From: an uncultured delta proteobacterium | GTDB lineage: Bacteria; Myxococcota; B64-G9 | NCBI GenBank assembly: GCA_963754925.1 | Contig: CAVWHX010000003.1 | Location: 544,001 to 608,000, forward strand | Direction of reading: 5' to 3' | Length of the DNA: 64,000 bases | Part shown: in pieces, positions 41,321 through 51,213 of the stretch | Layout: each line of letters starts with the position of its first letter | Numbering within the stretch: the first letter of the stretch is position 1 | The notes under the pieces: generated by a model | Told to the model about the DNA's origin: nothing | The model's database searches: none | The model's input: the letters and a program-made list of their open reading frames with translations, nothing else | Program-made: the position numbers and the translations under genes

Positions 41321-42239
41321 CCCGCATAGCGCCAACCGCGCCACTGGCAAACAATGGCCGGCTATGCGCACCGTCATACGCCACGCGCTCGGCGCCTTTG
41401 AGGAGGCGATAACCGTTGGCCCGGGAGATGCTACCAAGCTGGTGCGCGAAGCTCTCAAAAGTGGTTTTTTGCGCATCATTGCGGTGGGAGGGGACGGCAC
41501 CAACAATGAAGTGGTTAACGGTTTCTTTGATCGGAAGCAACCGATCGCGCCGGATGCACAGCTTGGATTCATTCCGCGCGGAACGGGCGGGGATCTGAGC
41601 AAGACGTTGAAAATCGATAAAGCGCTTGATGCGTGTCTACGCGTGGTTTCCGTGGGAAGGATCCAGGAGGTCGACGTTGGGGCAACCCGCTTTGTCGGCC
41701 ACGACGGCGCCGAGCAGGAGCGCCTCTTTATCAATATCACCAGCTTCGGGCTCGGGGGGCTCGTCGATGCAACGGTCAACGCTTCCTCGAAAATGCTCGG
41801 CGGAAAGATGAGCTTCCTCCTGGGAACCTTCAGAGCGCTTATGGCGTACCACAACAAAACCATACGTTTGAAGGTCGACGACACGCTTAATGATCAAATG
41901 GTGATTAACAATGTCGCGGTTGCCAACGGTCAGTACTTTGGCGGCGGTATGTGGGTGGCGCCTGAGGCCAAGCTCAACGACGGCCTGTTCGATGTGGTAA
42001 TTCTGGGCGACCTGAGCCGCAGCGAAATCATCCGTAAGACCAGCTACATTTACAAGGGCGTTCACTTGCGAATGCCCAAAGTGAATTTCCTCCGCGGGAA
42101 GCACGTCGAAGCGACGTGCGATCAGGAGGTGTTGATCGATATGGATGGTGAGCAGCCTGGCCGATTGCCGATAACGTTAGACGTGCTGCCCCGGGCTCTC
42201 CGGATCATCGCGCCGCCGGTTGAGTCTCACTACGGGTAA
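41298..42239 (+). CDS. Diacylglycerol/lipid kinase family (YegS/DgkB)
   Basis: VNPHS, GGDGT, IPRGTGGD, NGQYFGGG, DGLFDV, DGE. Confidence 0.93.
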   Translation: MKTLIVVNPHSANRATGKQWPAMRTVIRHALGAFEEAITVGPGDATKLVREALKSGFLRIIAVGGDGTNNEVVNGFFDRKQPIAPDAQLGFIPRGTGGDLSKTLKIDKALDACLRVVSVGRIQEVDVGATRFVGHDGAEQERLFINITSFGLGGLVDATVNASSKMLGGKMSFLLGTFRALMAYHNKTIRLKVDDTLNDQMVINNVAVANGQYFGGGMWVAPEAKLNDGLFDVVILGDLSRSEIIRKTSYIYKGVHLRMPKVNFLRGKHVEATCDQEVLIDMDGEQPGRLPITLDVLPRALRIIAPPVESHYG

Positions 42240-42241
42240 GG

Positions 42242-43381
42242 CTATGAGTGCCGTTTGTGGAAACGCAACGCGCTAACGGTCAGAATGACAAAACCAAAAA
42301 TAAAAAGTGCTGCAAGTTGCGGCAGCAGGTCGCGAAAGTCGCTTGTCTTAAGCAAGCAGCTTCGCATGATATCAACATAGTAGCGGACCGGATCCAACAG
42401 CGTGATCGGTTGGATCCAGTGCGGCATGTTCTCGATCGGCGTCATAAAGCCCGACAGCAAAATGGCCGGCATGATGAAAAAAAATCCGCCCAAGATAGCC
42501 TGTTGTTGCGAGTGACTGATGGTGCTGATAAAGATTCCCACCCCCAAGGTGGTCATCAGATACAGCGCGCTCGCCACAAATATCAGCACCAGCGAACCGC
42601 GCAGCGGCACATCAAAAAGATACGATCCGACAACCAGGAGCAACATCAGCTCCACCAACCCAACGAACGCAAAGGGCAGACACTTGCCAACCAGGAGCAC
42701 CACGGGTCGCAGCGGCGTTACCAATATCTGCTCGATCGTTCCCAACTCTCGTTCGCGCGCAATGCCCATAGCCGTGAGAACGGTGGTGACAATCAGAAGC
42801 ACCATTGCCGCGACCGCCGGCACCATGAATATCCGCGTTGAGAGATGTGGATTAAACAATATCCGTGGCTGCAGCACCACCTGGGGCAGCTGCAGGACCA
42901 TGCCGCGGCTCGCCAAGGTTTGTTCTATCCGAGCCCGTACCATGGCTATCCCGCGCCCGCTGAGATATTCACTGGCAGCGGAAGCGGCGGTCTGTGACCG
43001 GATGGTGTCGGTGCCATCCACCAGCAACTGTATGTTGCTGGCATCGCCGCGCTCAACTGCGCGGGTAAACCCGACCGGTACGATAACCGCCAGGGAGGCC
43101 TGCCCGGTTTCGAGGAGGCGCGAGGCCGCCTCGGGGCTATGGGTCTCGGCAGTTTGAACGAACGTCTCACCCGCCAAAAGCCCTCTCAGCACATCGCGGC
43201 TCATGCTGGTTTGATCCAAATCGCAAATCGCCGTTGGAATATGATCGACGTCGAGATTGATCGCGAAACCGAAAAGAATGAGCTGGATAAGCGGAACCAG
43301 CAAGAGAATGGCGACCATGCGCGGATCACGAAACGCTTGGCGCAACTCTTTACGCATGACTGCCATGAGTTGAGCGACCAT
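42242..43381 (-). CDS. ABC-2 permease (YbhR-like)
   Basis: KELRQ..RD, ARERELGTIEQ..VTP, LLSGF.TPIENMP. Confidence 0.92.
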   Translation of the reverse strand: MVAQLMAVMRKELRQAFRDPRMVAILLLVPLIQLILFGFAINLDVDHIPTAICDLDQTSMSRDVLRGLLAGETFVQTAETHSPEAASRLLETGQASLAVIVPVGFTRAVERGDASNIQLLVDGTDTIRSQTAASAASEYLSGRGIAMVRARIEQTLASRGMVLQLPQVVLQPRILFNPHLSTRIFMVPAVAAMVLLIVTTVLTAMGIARERELGTIEQILVTPLRPVVLLVGKCLPFAFVGLVELMLLLVVGSYLFDVPLRGSLVLIFVASALYLMTTLGVGIFISTISHSQQQAILGGFFFIMPAILLSGFMTPIENMPHWIQPITLLDPVRYYVDIMRSCLLKTSDFRDLLPQLAALFIFGFVILTVSALRFHKRHS

Positions 43382-43384
43382 TGG

Positions 43385-44512
43385 CTAATCCAACCTCCGC
43401 TTAAAGCGCATAGCGGAAAGAGCCACCATGACGAGGGCAAAAAGAAGCAACGCCGCAACGTGGGGATAGACCATCGAGAAATCGTTACCTTTGAGCAGTA
43501 TCCCGCGCATGGCGGCAATGAAATAGCGAGCCGGAACAATGAGGGAAACAAGTTGCAACGGCCACGGCATGTTCTCGATGGGAATCAAAAAGCCACTCAG
43601 CAGCATGGTCGGCAACATGCCGACCACCATGCCGGTTTGGGTGGCCACCTGCTGATTGCGGGTAATGACGCTGATCAAGAGGCCTTGGCTCAAGGTGCCG
43701 ATGAGGAACAGGGCCGACACTAAAAACAGCAGCCACAACGAGCCGCGCAGGGGCACGTCGAAAAGAATCGTCCCTAGGGTAACCACCAGGAGCACTTGGA
43801 TCATCCCCAACAACAGGTAGGGAAAAAGCTTGCCCAAAATCACCTCCAGCCGACCTACCGGGGTGGTAAAAAGTTGTTCCATGCTCCCCTGCTCCCACTC
43901 GCGGGCCACGGTCAACGCGGTGAGCAATACCGCGAGAATCGCTAAAATCAGGGCCATCAATCCGGGTACGATAAAGAGCACCGAGCGCATGCCCGGGTTG
44001 AAGCGCATGTAAATTCTCGCTTCCAAAAACAAGTCCTGCATCAAGCCGGTTGACCTGATCAGACGGACGCTCTCGGCCAGGGCGATTCCGTTGGTGTATC
44101 CCACGGCGATGGTGGCGGTGACGTCATTGGAACCGTCGAGCAGCAATTGGGCCACCGCTCCTTCTTTTCGCGCCAGGTGATCACCGAAGCCCGGTGGAAT
44201 GATCAGCGCTGCCTTGATTTCGCCGCGACGGAAACTCGGCTCGATCTGCTCTGGTCGATCGAAATGGCGCTCCACCGAGAACGCATCGCTGCTGCAGAGT
44301 GCGTCGACCAGGCGTCGGGCGTCCGGGCTGTGGTCCTGGTCAAGCAGGCCGACCGGCAATCGATCCAGATCGAACGAAATCGCATAGCCGAAAATAAAAA
44401 GCAGCACCACCGGCATGCCCAGCGCCATGTAGATCACCTGCACGTCCCGAACTATATGCAGGATCTCCTTGTGCGTCATGGCCACCAAGCGTTTGAAAAA
44501 TGAGCCCTTCAC
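43385..44512 (-). CDS. ABC-2 permease (YbhS-like)
   Basis: VAREWEQGSMEQL..TP, LSGFL.PIENMP. Confidence 0.92.
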   Translation of the reverse strand: MKGSFFKRLVAMTHKEILHIVRDVQVIYMALGMPVVLLFIFGYAISFDLDRLPVGLLDQDHSPDARRLVDALCSSDAFSVERHFDRPEQIEPSFRRGEIKAALIIPPGFGDHLARKEGAVAQLLLDGSNDVTATIAVGYTNGIALAESVRLIRSTGLMQDLFLEARIYMRFNPGMRSVLFIVPGLMALILAILAVLLTALTVAREWEQGSMEQLFTTPVGRLEVILGKLFPYLLLGMIQVLLVVTLGTILFDVPLRGSLWLLFLVSALFLIGTLSQGLLISVITRNQQVATQTGMVVGMLPTMLLSGFLIPIENMPWPLQLVSLIVPARYFIAAMRGILLKGNDFSMVYPHVAALLLFALVMVALSAMRFKRRLD

Positions 44513-44532
44513 AGCAAGTCACCTCAACATAC

Positions 44533-44617
44533 GCGTCGGGTCCTGCCGCCTCACATCCCCCGGCGGTGCTCGCATTCACTGCGCGCCGGCGGGGGGCCCC
44601 CTGCTCGGCGTCACCCG
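44533..44617 (-). repeat. GC-rich structured intergenic repeat, copy 2
   Basis: Reverse complement CGGGTGACGCCGAGCAGGGGGCCCCCCGCCGGCGCG...GAGCACCGCCGGGGGATGTGAGGCGGCAGGACCCGACGC matches 11307-11410. Confidence 0.85.
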
Positions 44618-44620
44618 TCG

Positions 44621-45558
44621 CTATCCAGTACTACCTTGGGTCGTCCTGGCGACCGCCAGGAAAACGTCCTCTAACGATGCTTCCACGGGTTCGACCTGCG
44701 CCGCTGCATAGCCGTGGGTCTGCAGGCTTTCCTTGATATGGTGCTCGTTGAGTTGCTCGCCGCCGCGCACGTGAAACCCGCTGCCAAAGGGCTCTACTCC
44801 CGATACGCCTTCGAGATCGCGCAGCATCGCCAGCGCAGAGCGATCCGCGTCTCTCACCATGAACAGGCGGCCGGCGACAAAGGTGCGCTTGAGCTGCGCC
44901 GGCGTGTCCAACGCCACCAGGCGCCCATCGGCCATGAGGCCGACGCGATCACAGTACTCGGCCTCATCCATATAGTGCGTCGTGACAAAGAGCGTGGTGC
45001 CCGCTGCCGCCAGCTCGCGGATCAGTCGCCAAAACATTCGCCGCGAAGCCGGATCCACCCCGGCCGTCGGCTCGTCGAGGAATAGCACGCGCGGTTCATG
45101 TAGGAGGGCGCACGCAAGCGCAAGACGCTGGCGAATGCCTCCCGGCAGGTCGCCGGTCCGCAGCTGCCGTTGATCCGAAAGTCCCACCCGCTCAAGCAAG
45201 AAACCGATTTGCTTCGCCAACCGCTTGCCGCTGAGGCCATAGAGGCCGCCGAAAAATTCTACGTTTTCCTCCACTAGCAGGTCCATGTAGAGCGAGAACT
45301 TTTGAGACATGTAGCCGATCGAGCGCTTGACGCCCTCGGGGTCGTGCGCCACGTCCACCGCAGCAACCATTGCCTGGCCGCCGGATGGCTCCAACAACCC
45401 GCAGAGGATTTTGATGGTGGTGGACTTCCCGGCGCCATTCGCCCCCAAGTAACCGAAAATCTCCCCGGGCCACACGTCGAAGCTCACTTGGTTAACCGCG
45501 ACGAACTCACCGAAACGCCGGTGAGATCCCGCACGTGAATAACCGGTTCGCTACCCAT
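44621..45558 (-). CDS. ABC transporter ATP-binding protein (YbhF C-half-like), frameshifted near 45520
   Basis: GANGAGKS, LDEPTAGVDP, TTHYMDEA; one added C gives MGSEPVIHVRDLTRRFGEFVAV. Confidence 0.9.
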
Positions 45559-46499
45559 TCGAGACTCCCGCCGGCGTCGTTCGCGTATGCGCGAGAAAAA
45601 GATCTTCAAACTCCGGTCGTATCGCCACCAGACGTCCCCCTACCGGCATGAGCCTCTCCCGCAACCCAGCCTCGTCACCTTTGACGCTCACCACCCGAAT
45701 GCGGGCTCCGGCCGGGGTCAGGGCCACCACCCGTGCGTCGCCGCTCAACTCGTGCTCGACGCAAGTGCGACTGGCGCCTTCCACCAAGAAGGTCACGTAC
45801 TCGCGCTCGAACTGCTCGAGCAAGGCCCCCGGCTGCCCCTGCAGCACCAATCGGCCGTGGTGAATTAATCCAACCCGCTGGCAGCGCGCCGCCTCATCCA
45901 TATAGGGAGTCGATAACACAATCGCCATACCCTCGGAGACAAACTCATACAGCAGGTCCCACAACTCGCGCCGGCTGACCGGATCCACCCCGTTGGTGGG
46001 CTCGTCGAGTAATAGGATCTGGGGACGGTGGAGCAATGCGCACGCCAGCGCCAGTTTCTGTATACATTCCGCCCGAGAGAGCGTCCGCGCGTCGATCGGT
46101 AAACCGATTGAGCCGGGTGATCCGCAGCAATCGTTCCCGACGGGCTGCATAGTCATCTGCCGACAGCGAAAAGAGCTGGCCAAAAAAATAGAGATTCTCG
46201 TCGACGCTCAAGTCCCCGTAGAGGCTGTACTGTTGGGGCATGTACCCGACCATGCCGCTTAATGATCGCCGGGCACGTAAGGGATCTCTCCCGCCAACGA
46301 GGACCGCTCCTGCCGACGGCGCCATCAACCCGGCCAGGATGCGGATCGCGGTGGTCTTGCCGGCGCCATCCGGACCAATCAGTCCGAAGAGTTCTTTGGA
46401 GTTAACTTCAAAACTAACTCCCCGGAGCGCGTGAACCGATCCAAAGAAACGCTCCAGGGCCAGTGTTTGCAGTATCGCTGCGCTTTCCGTCATACTCAC
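45551..46499 (-). CDS. ABC transporter ATP-binding protein (YbhF N-half-like), frameshifted near 46062
   Basis: GPDGAGKT and LSGGM in one frame; QKLALACAL...LDEPT...STPYMDEA in the next. Confidence 0.9.
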
Positions 46500-47542
46500 G
46501 TTCCCGTGCCATCGATGGTGACTTCGACGGGCATGCCGGGCCGCAGCTTGCCATCGTGGTTTTCGATGCGAACCTCCACGCCATACACCAATCGGTCGCG
46601 GTCCTCGCGGGTCTGAATATTTTTCGGAGTAAACTCCGCCTCGGCCGCAACGCGCCGGATTCGACCTACGAAACGCTCGTTGGGGTAGGCGTCGGCCTGC
46701 ACGGTCACCGCAAGCCCGGGCGCAGCCTTGGCCAGCTCGGCATTCGGCAGGTAGAACGTTACCTTCGCCTCGCGGGTATCCACCACCGTTAGAATATTGG
46801 TGCCCGGCAGCACCGCTTCGCCCGGCTCAAAATAGCGTTCGCTCACCACCCCGGCCCGGGGTGCCGTGAGTCGACACTCGCCGACCATGACTTCGGCACG
46901 GATTACCGTCGCGCGCGAGGCGATAACCGCGCTTTCGGCCGACTCAATCTGCGCTTGCGCCGCCAGGCTGTTTCGTTGCGCCGCCGTCGCTTGGGCGCGT
47001 GCGGCCTGCTCGCTCGCGCTCATCCCTTGAATCTGCTCCGTTACGGTCAACACCTGATCCCGACCGCGATCGAGGTTTTCGCTCGTAACCGCTCCGGCAT
47101 CTTTAAGCGCCGTCAAGCGCGCGAGTTCGCGTTCGGCAATGGCTTTTCCCGTCTGCAAGGTCTGTTTTTGCGCGGCAGCGGCCTCGACCGTCTGCTGGGC
47201 GGCCCGGGCGCCGGCCACCGATGCGTCGGCAACCGCGTGCGCCGCCTGGGCGGAGGCCTCGGCGGCGGCACGTTGGGCCTGCGCCTGGTCGAGTTGAGCC
47301 GCGGAGTCGGTGCAGTCGAGCTCGACGAGAACCTGACCCGCCTGTACCTGGTCGCCCTCGTTCACGTTAATGGCCTTGATGCGGGCCGGAATGCGTGAAG
47401 TGATATGCAGATCGATCCCCTCGATCGTACCGCTGCCTTTGGCCGGTCCTTCGGTTCTGGCCTTAAGCTCGCGCAACCTAAAAAAGAGCGCTATCGACAA
47501 ACCAATCACCAACAGCGCCAGGAGAATGCCAACCCGTTTCAT
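46496..47542 (-). CDS. HlyD-family membrane fusion protein (YbhG-like)
   Basis: SGTIE, EGDQV..GQ.L, AEFTPKNIQT..DR..LVY, LRPGMP. Confidence 0.92.
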   Translation of the reverse strand: MKRVGILLALLVIGLSIALFFRLRELKARTEGPAKGSGTIEGIDLHITSRIPARIKAINVNEGDQVQAGQVLVELDCTDSAAQLDQAQAQRAAAEASAQAAHAVADASVAGARAAQQTVEAAAAQKQTLQTGKAIAERELARLTALKDAGAVTSENLDRGRDQVLTVTEQIQGMSASEQAARAQATAAQRNSLAAQAQIESAESAVIASRATVIRAEVMVGECRLTAPRAGVVSERYFEPGEAVLPGTNILTVVDTREAKVTFYLPNAELAKAAPGLAVTVQADAYPNERFVGRIRRVAAEAEFTPKNIQTREDRDRLVYGVEVRIENHDGKLRPGMPVEVTIDGTGT

Positions 47543-47591
47543 ATTGACCTCGTTGCCAATTGAACTCTAAATCAAGCAATCATTAATTCAT

Positions 47592-47610
47592 GTTGCACCT
47601 AATATGCAAC
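47592..47610. promoter_or_regulatory. Inverted repeat, possible repressor operator upstream of the exporter operon
   Basis: GTTGCA-N7-TGCAAC 50 bp upstream of the HlyD start. Confidence 0.4.
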
Positions 47611-47676
47611 GCATTCTTTTATCTCTCATAGGCTATCCTCTCGGTGTATATACACCATTCCAAGAGAGGAAAGAAA

Positions 47677-47943
47677 TTGGCTTCAGCTCCAGAAGAAAAT
47701 TCCAACAATACGTTTGAGCGGATCTTCAACCCGAGCGAGGCAATCCATTCCTCGGGCAAACCCGTCGTGCTGTTGCTCCCCAATCCAAAACGGGATCTGA
47801 ATTCCTTGGAAGTCGAAGAGGTCCTCCGAAAAACGCGCCAGGAATTCCTCCAATGGAAGATACCGGTTTTTGATGATTTGAAAGATGCGCTGAGAGCAAT
47901 ACACCATGTCACTGAATATTGTCTCAAACGTGAAGCAACATGA
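47677..47943 (+). pseudogene. Probable internally deleted remnant of an NDP-forming acyl-CoA synthetase subunit
   Basis: N-terminal-like FERIFNP directly followed by C-terminal-like GKPVV...IPVFDDLKDALRAI. Confidence 0.45.
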
Positions 47944-48024
47944 ACGCAGCTACCAACACTGTTGAAAAGTTTCTCATCTGTTAGTACAACGGAAACCAAC
48001 GATCATCTGAATTGAGAGAACAGT

Positions 48025-48546
48025 ATGTGGTTATGGGAATTTTTAGGTATCGAAAACAAGGATCGGAAGCAAATTGCACCATCCAGCCAGACTGATACCG
48101 TCCGACAAATAGTTCGTGAGCTGGATAAACTGGATATCGCACAGGCGCGCTACATCGCCTGCTTCGCGTATCTTCTCAGTCGGGTTGCTCATGCAGACCT
48201 CGAGTTTAAGGAAGAAGAAACGCTGCGCATCGAGCAAATCGTGATGCAGCTTGGCGGACTGCCGGAGGAGCAAGCCGTCCTGGTCACCACCATGGCCAAG
48301 ACCCACACCGAATTGTTCGGCGGCACCGAGGACTTTCTGGTCACCCGGGAGTTCAACGGAATCGCCGACCGCGAACAAAAGCTCAGTCTCATTCGATGCC
48401 TTTTTTCGGTTGCTGCGGCCGACGGAGTTATTTCCACGGTGGAGGATAACGAGATCATTCAAATCGCTTCGGAGTTGAACCTCGACCGTAGCGATGTGGG
48501 ATCCATTCGCGCGGATTTTCGGGAATATCTGGGGGTGCTTAAGTAG
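48025..48546 (+). CDS. TerB family protein
   Basis: VAHAD.....EE and LFSVAAADG.IS..ED..I..IA..L. Confidence 0.85.
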   Translation: MWLWEFLGIENKDRKQIAPSSQTDTVRQIVRELDKLDIAQARYIACFAYLLSRVAHADLEFKEEETLRIEQIVMQLGGLPEEQAVLVTTMAKTHTELFGGTEDFLVTREFNGIADREQKLSLIRCLFSVAAADGVISTVEDNEIIQIASELNLDRSDVGSIRADFREYLGVLK

Positions 48547-48570
48547 GGGCGGTTCACGAACCGCCCCTAC
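48543..48570. repeat. GTAG-type REP palindrome
   Basis: GTAGGGGCGGTTC-AC-GAACCGCCCCTAC; its TAG is the TerB stop codon. Confidence 0.75.
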
Positions 48571-48611
48571 AGGCGCCCGTAACGCGAGCAAAGCTCGCTA
48601 ACGGGCTCCTG

Positions 48612-48805
48612 GGATTCCCGCCAAACCCACAGGATAAGAGACTGCCCAAAGGATAAGAGCTTGTAAGACTCACTTCGTTCGTCAACAAGCTCTGATAACT
48701 CCCTTCGGTCGTAAACAGTCTCTAACCCCTAAAGGGATAAGAGACCGTAAGCTTCGCTCTGCTCAGCAACGGTCTCTAACCGCACGCCGCCTGCGCGGGA
48801 ATGAC
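48612..48805 (+). repeat. Nested cluster: three GGATAAGAG elements inserted in a split GGATTCCCGCC|TGCGCGGGAATGAC palindrome
   Basis: Elements at 48632-48725 (interrupted), 48651-48694 and 48735-48780; CGCC duplicated at 48619 and 48788. Confidence 0.8.
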
Positions 48806-48838
48806 TAATAAAAGATAGTGGCGAGCTTCGACCTGAAG

Positions 48839-50462
48839 TCAGCAGCGACACCCTTCACCGGAAAAATATTCGTCGTAACGCTTGTTCGCCTGTTCCCCAA
48901 AAAGGATCCGGCATGCCTCATAAATTCCCTGGGCCTGCTTGAGATCTTCGTGCGGGATAACCAGGGCAATCTTTGATCTTCGTCTTAAGAAATCCTCCAG
49001 ACGGACAACCATTTCGAAAACCGCCGCCTGATGCAATTCGCAGCGCAGGTACTGCGAACCTTTGATCAGAACTTCTTCCATGCCCGGCTGCCGCCGAATC
49101 TGTTCCAAGAGGACAAACGCTCGCATGCCATAGCGGCGCCAGAGGCGGTTGGAAAGCTTTTCATTGGTGTCGCTCTCGCGCAACTCATCCAAATGCATCA
49201 GGCGCGCCTGGCGGAAGAACTCTTCCCGTGTGGTTTTGGGGGGTTCCCCGTACCAGCGTTCAGGTTTTTCATGCATCGCCACGCCCATGGATTGCACGAG
49301 CATGACCACTTCTTGGCCGATATTTAAACAGTCGGTGAGTTTCCCGCCAAAAATACTCAAATACCGATCGTTGACATCGATGGCATGCTTGCGTGAGAGA
49401 GAAAACCATTCCTGGGCCGCATCCGATCCGGCAGCTGGCGCTCCTTCCACGACCAGAGGCCGCACCCCGCAGCGTTCCGATATGACATCCGCTTCGGTCA
49501 GAGGGTGCTCGAGATTCAAACAAGGATTGATATTGTCGAGCACGTATTTTCGATCTTCAGGCGTCACCTCGCTCTCCGGCTTCTCGACCCGGGTATCGGT
49601 GGTGCCGATCACCGAACACGGCCCCATCGGGATAACGAAAAACATGCGCCCCTGCTCGTCGAAAAAGGTCAGCACCCGCTCCTGGTCCACCAATCGCCGG
49701 ACCACTAAATGAATGCCTTTTGAAAACACGTGTCGATGCGTCGTGTTGATCTTATTGATGTGATTGACGGCATCAACGTACGGCCCGGCTGCATTGATGA
49801 TCACGCGGGCCCGGATCGTTTTTTCGACGCTAGAATCGATATCCCGCACCTTCGCCACCCATAGGTTGGACGCTTTGGTGGCTTCGAGGAACTCCACATA
49901 ATTGGCCGCGATGGCGCCGGAGTTGAGCGCGGAACGAATGAAGCCAAAAACAAAACGCGAGTCGTTGTCCAGCAACCGGGCGTCCGAGTATTCCACGCCA
50001 CCGGAAAAACGTTGTTGATGAATCAACGGTTCTTCTTTTCGTATCTTTCCGACGGTCAGCAACCGCGGCGCACGGGTGAACCCCCGGCCAAATACCCAAT
50101 AGAGCCAGGCCCCGCAGTAAATCATCCACGGAGGCCAGCGGAAATCCTTCCGAATCGCCGCATAAAATCTAGTTTCTGATAATATTGGCCGGATAGGCCC
50201 GAATCAGCCGGTTGCGCGAGGCGCACAATTTCCACACCAACGGAAACTCAAAACTCTCCATATATTTGATCCCGCCCCAGACAAGATTTGAAGAGGATTG
50301 GCTGGTAAGGGAACCGAAATCGCCTTTCTCAACGAGCGCCACCGAACAACCGCTGGCCGACAAAGCGGCGGCGGCGACGGCCCCGTTGATCCCTCCGCCG
50401 ACAATCAAAACATCGTAAGGATGCTTATCAAACCTGTTGATATTTGCCTGTCGCAGCGTCAT
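48839..50462 (-). CDS. glpD: FAD-dependent glycerol-3-phosphate dehydrogenase/oxidase, frameshifted near 50177
   Basis: GGGING, TSQSSSNLVWGGIKY, INAAGP, KGIHL, IGTTD, GVRPL, GGKLT, DFLRRR. Confidence 0.85.
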
Positions 50463-50601
50463 GGCGCTCTCCTTGATACCATCAAGAGTTGGCCCTGTCC
50501 AGAGGCGAAATCGCCTGGTGAGGAAACTGAGATTTTAATACGTCGTGGTTATTTGATTTTAGCAAAATGGAGACGTAGGATGCTGCGTTCGAGGTGATCC
50601 C

Positions 50602-51213
50602 ATGGGCACTCCGATAGAAACTGAAACTAAGTTCCCCATTGATTCCTGGCGGGTCTGGGAGGAAGCGCTTAATCATGAAGGGGCGGTGTTGGTAACGGGC
50701 CGCCACTTCGAGAGGAACACTCTCTTTGATGACCAGCGCGGATCGCTGGTTCGCCAGGGCTGCACCCTGCGCTTGCGTGAGGTGCCGGACGGCGGATACC
50801 TGACCCTTAAAGGTCCTCCCCGCCAAATCGGCCCCATTAAGGAACGCGAAGAGCTTGAATCCGAAATCGCCAACCCCTCGGTATGCGAGCAAATTTTTCT
50901 CAAGCTGGGATTTGCTCCAACCTTTCGGTACGAAAAGTATCGAGCGATCTATCGGTTAGACAAGACAACGATTACCCTCGATGAAGTCCCGATAGGGTTC
51001 TTTATCGAGATCGAGGGAAACGCCGAGATGATTTCGACCGCGGCGGCGCGGTTGGGACTTGACCTGGGCGCCGCTACGCCTCTATCCTATGTGCGCTTGT
51101 ATGCGTTGGCCAGACAAAACGATCCGAGCCTGTCGGAGTTTATGGTTTTTTCTAAACAGCAGAGGGAAATACATGGTTCGCGCAACGCCAGCCAGGGGAA
51201 CGAAAGGAAGTAA
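50602..51213 (+). CDS. CYTH-family protein (class IV adenylate cyclase-like triphosphate tunnel enzyme)
   Basis: IETETKF, LRLR, LTLKG, REELE, YEKYR, FIEIEG. Confidence 0.9.
   Translation: MGTPIETETKFPIDSWRVWEEALNHEGAVLVTGRHFERNTLFDDQRGSLVRQGCTLRLREVPDGGYLTLKGPPRQIGPIKEREELESEIANPSVCEQIFLKLGFAPTFRYEKYRAIYRLDKTTITLDEVPIGFFIEIEGNAEMISTAAARLGLDLGAATPLSYVRLYALARQNDPSLSEFMVFSKQQREIHGSRNASQGNERK

Noticed and set aside
48632..48780. CRISPR array from recurring GGATAAGAG
   Set aside because: Irregular spacing, intervening sequences are homologous hairpins rather than unique spacers, and no cas genes
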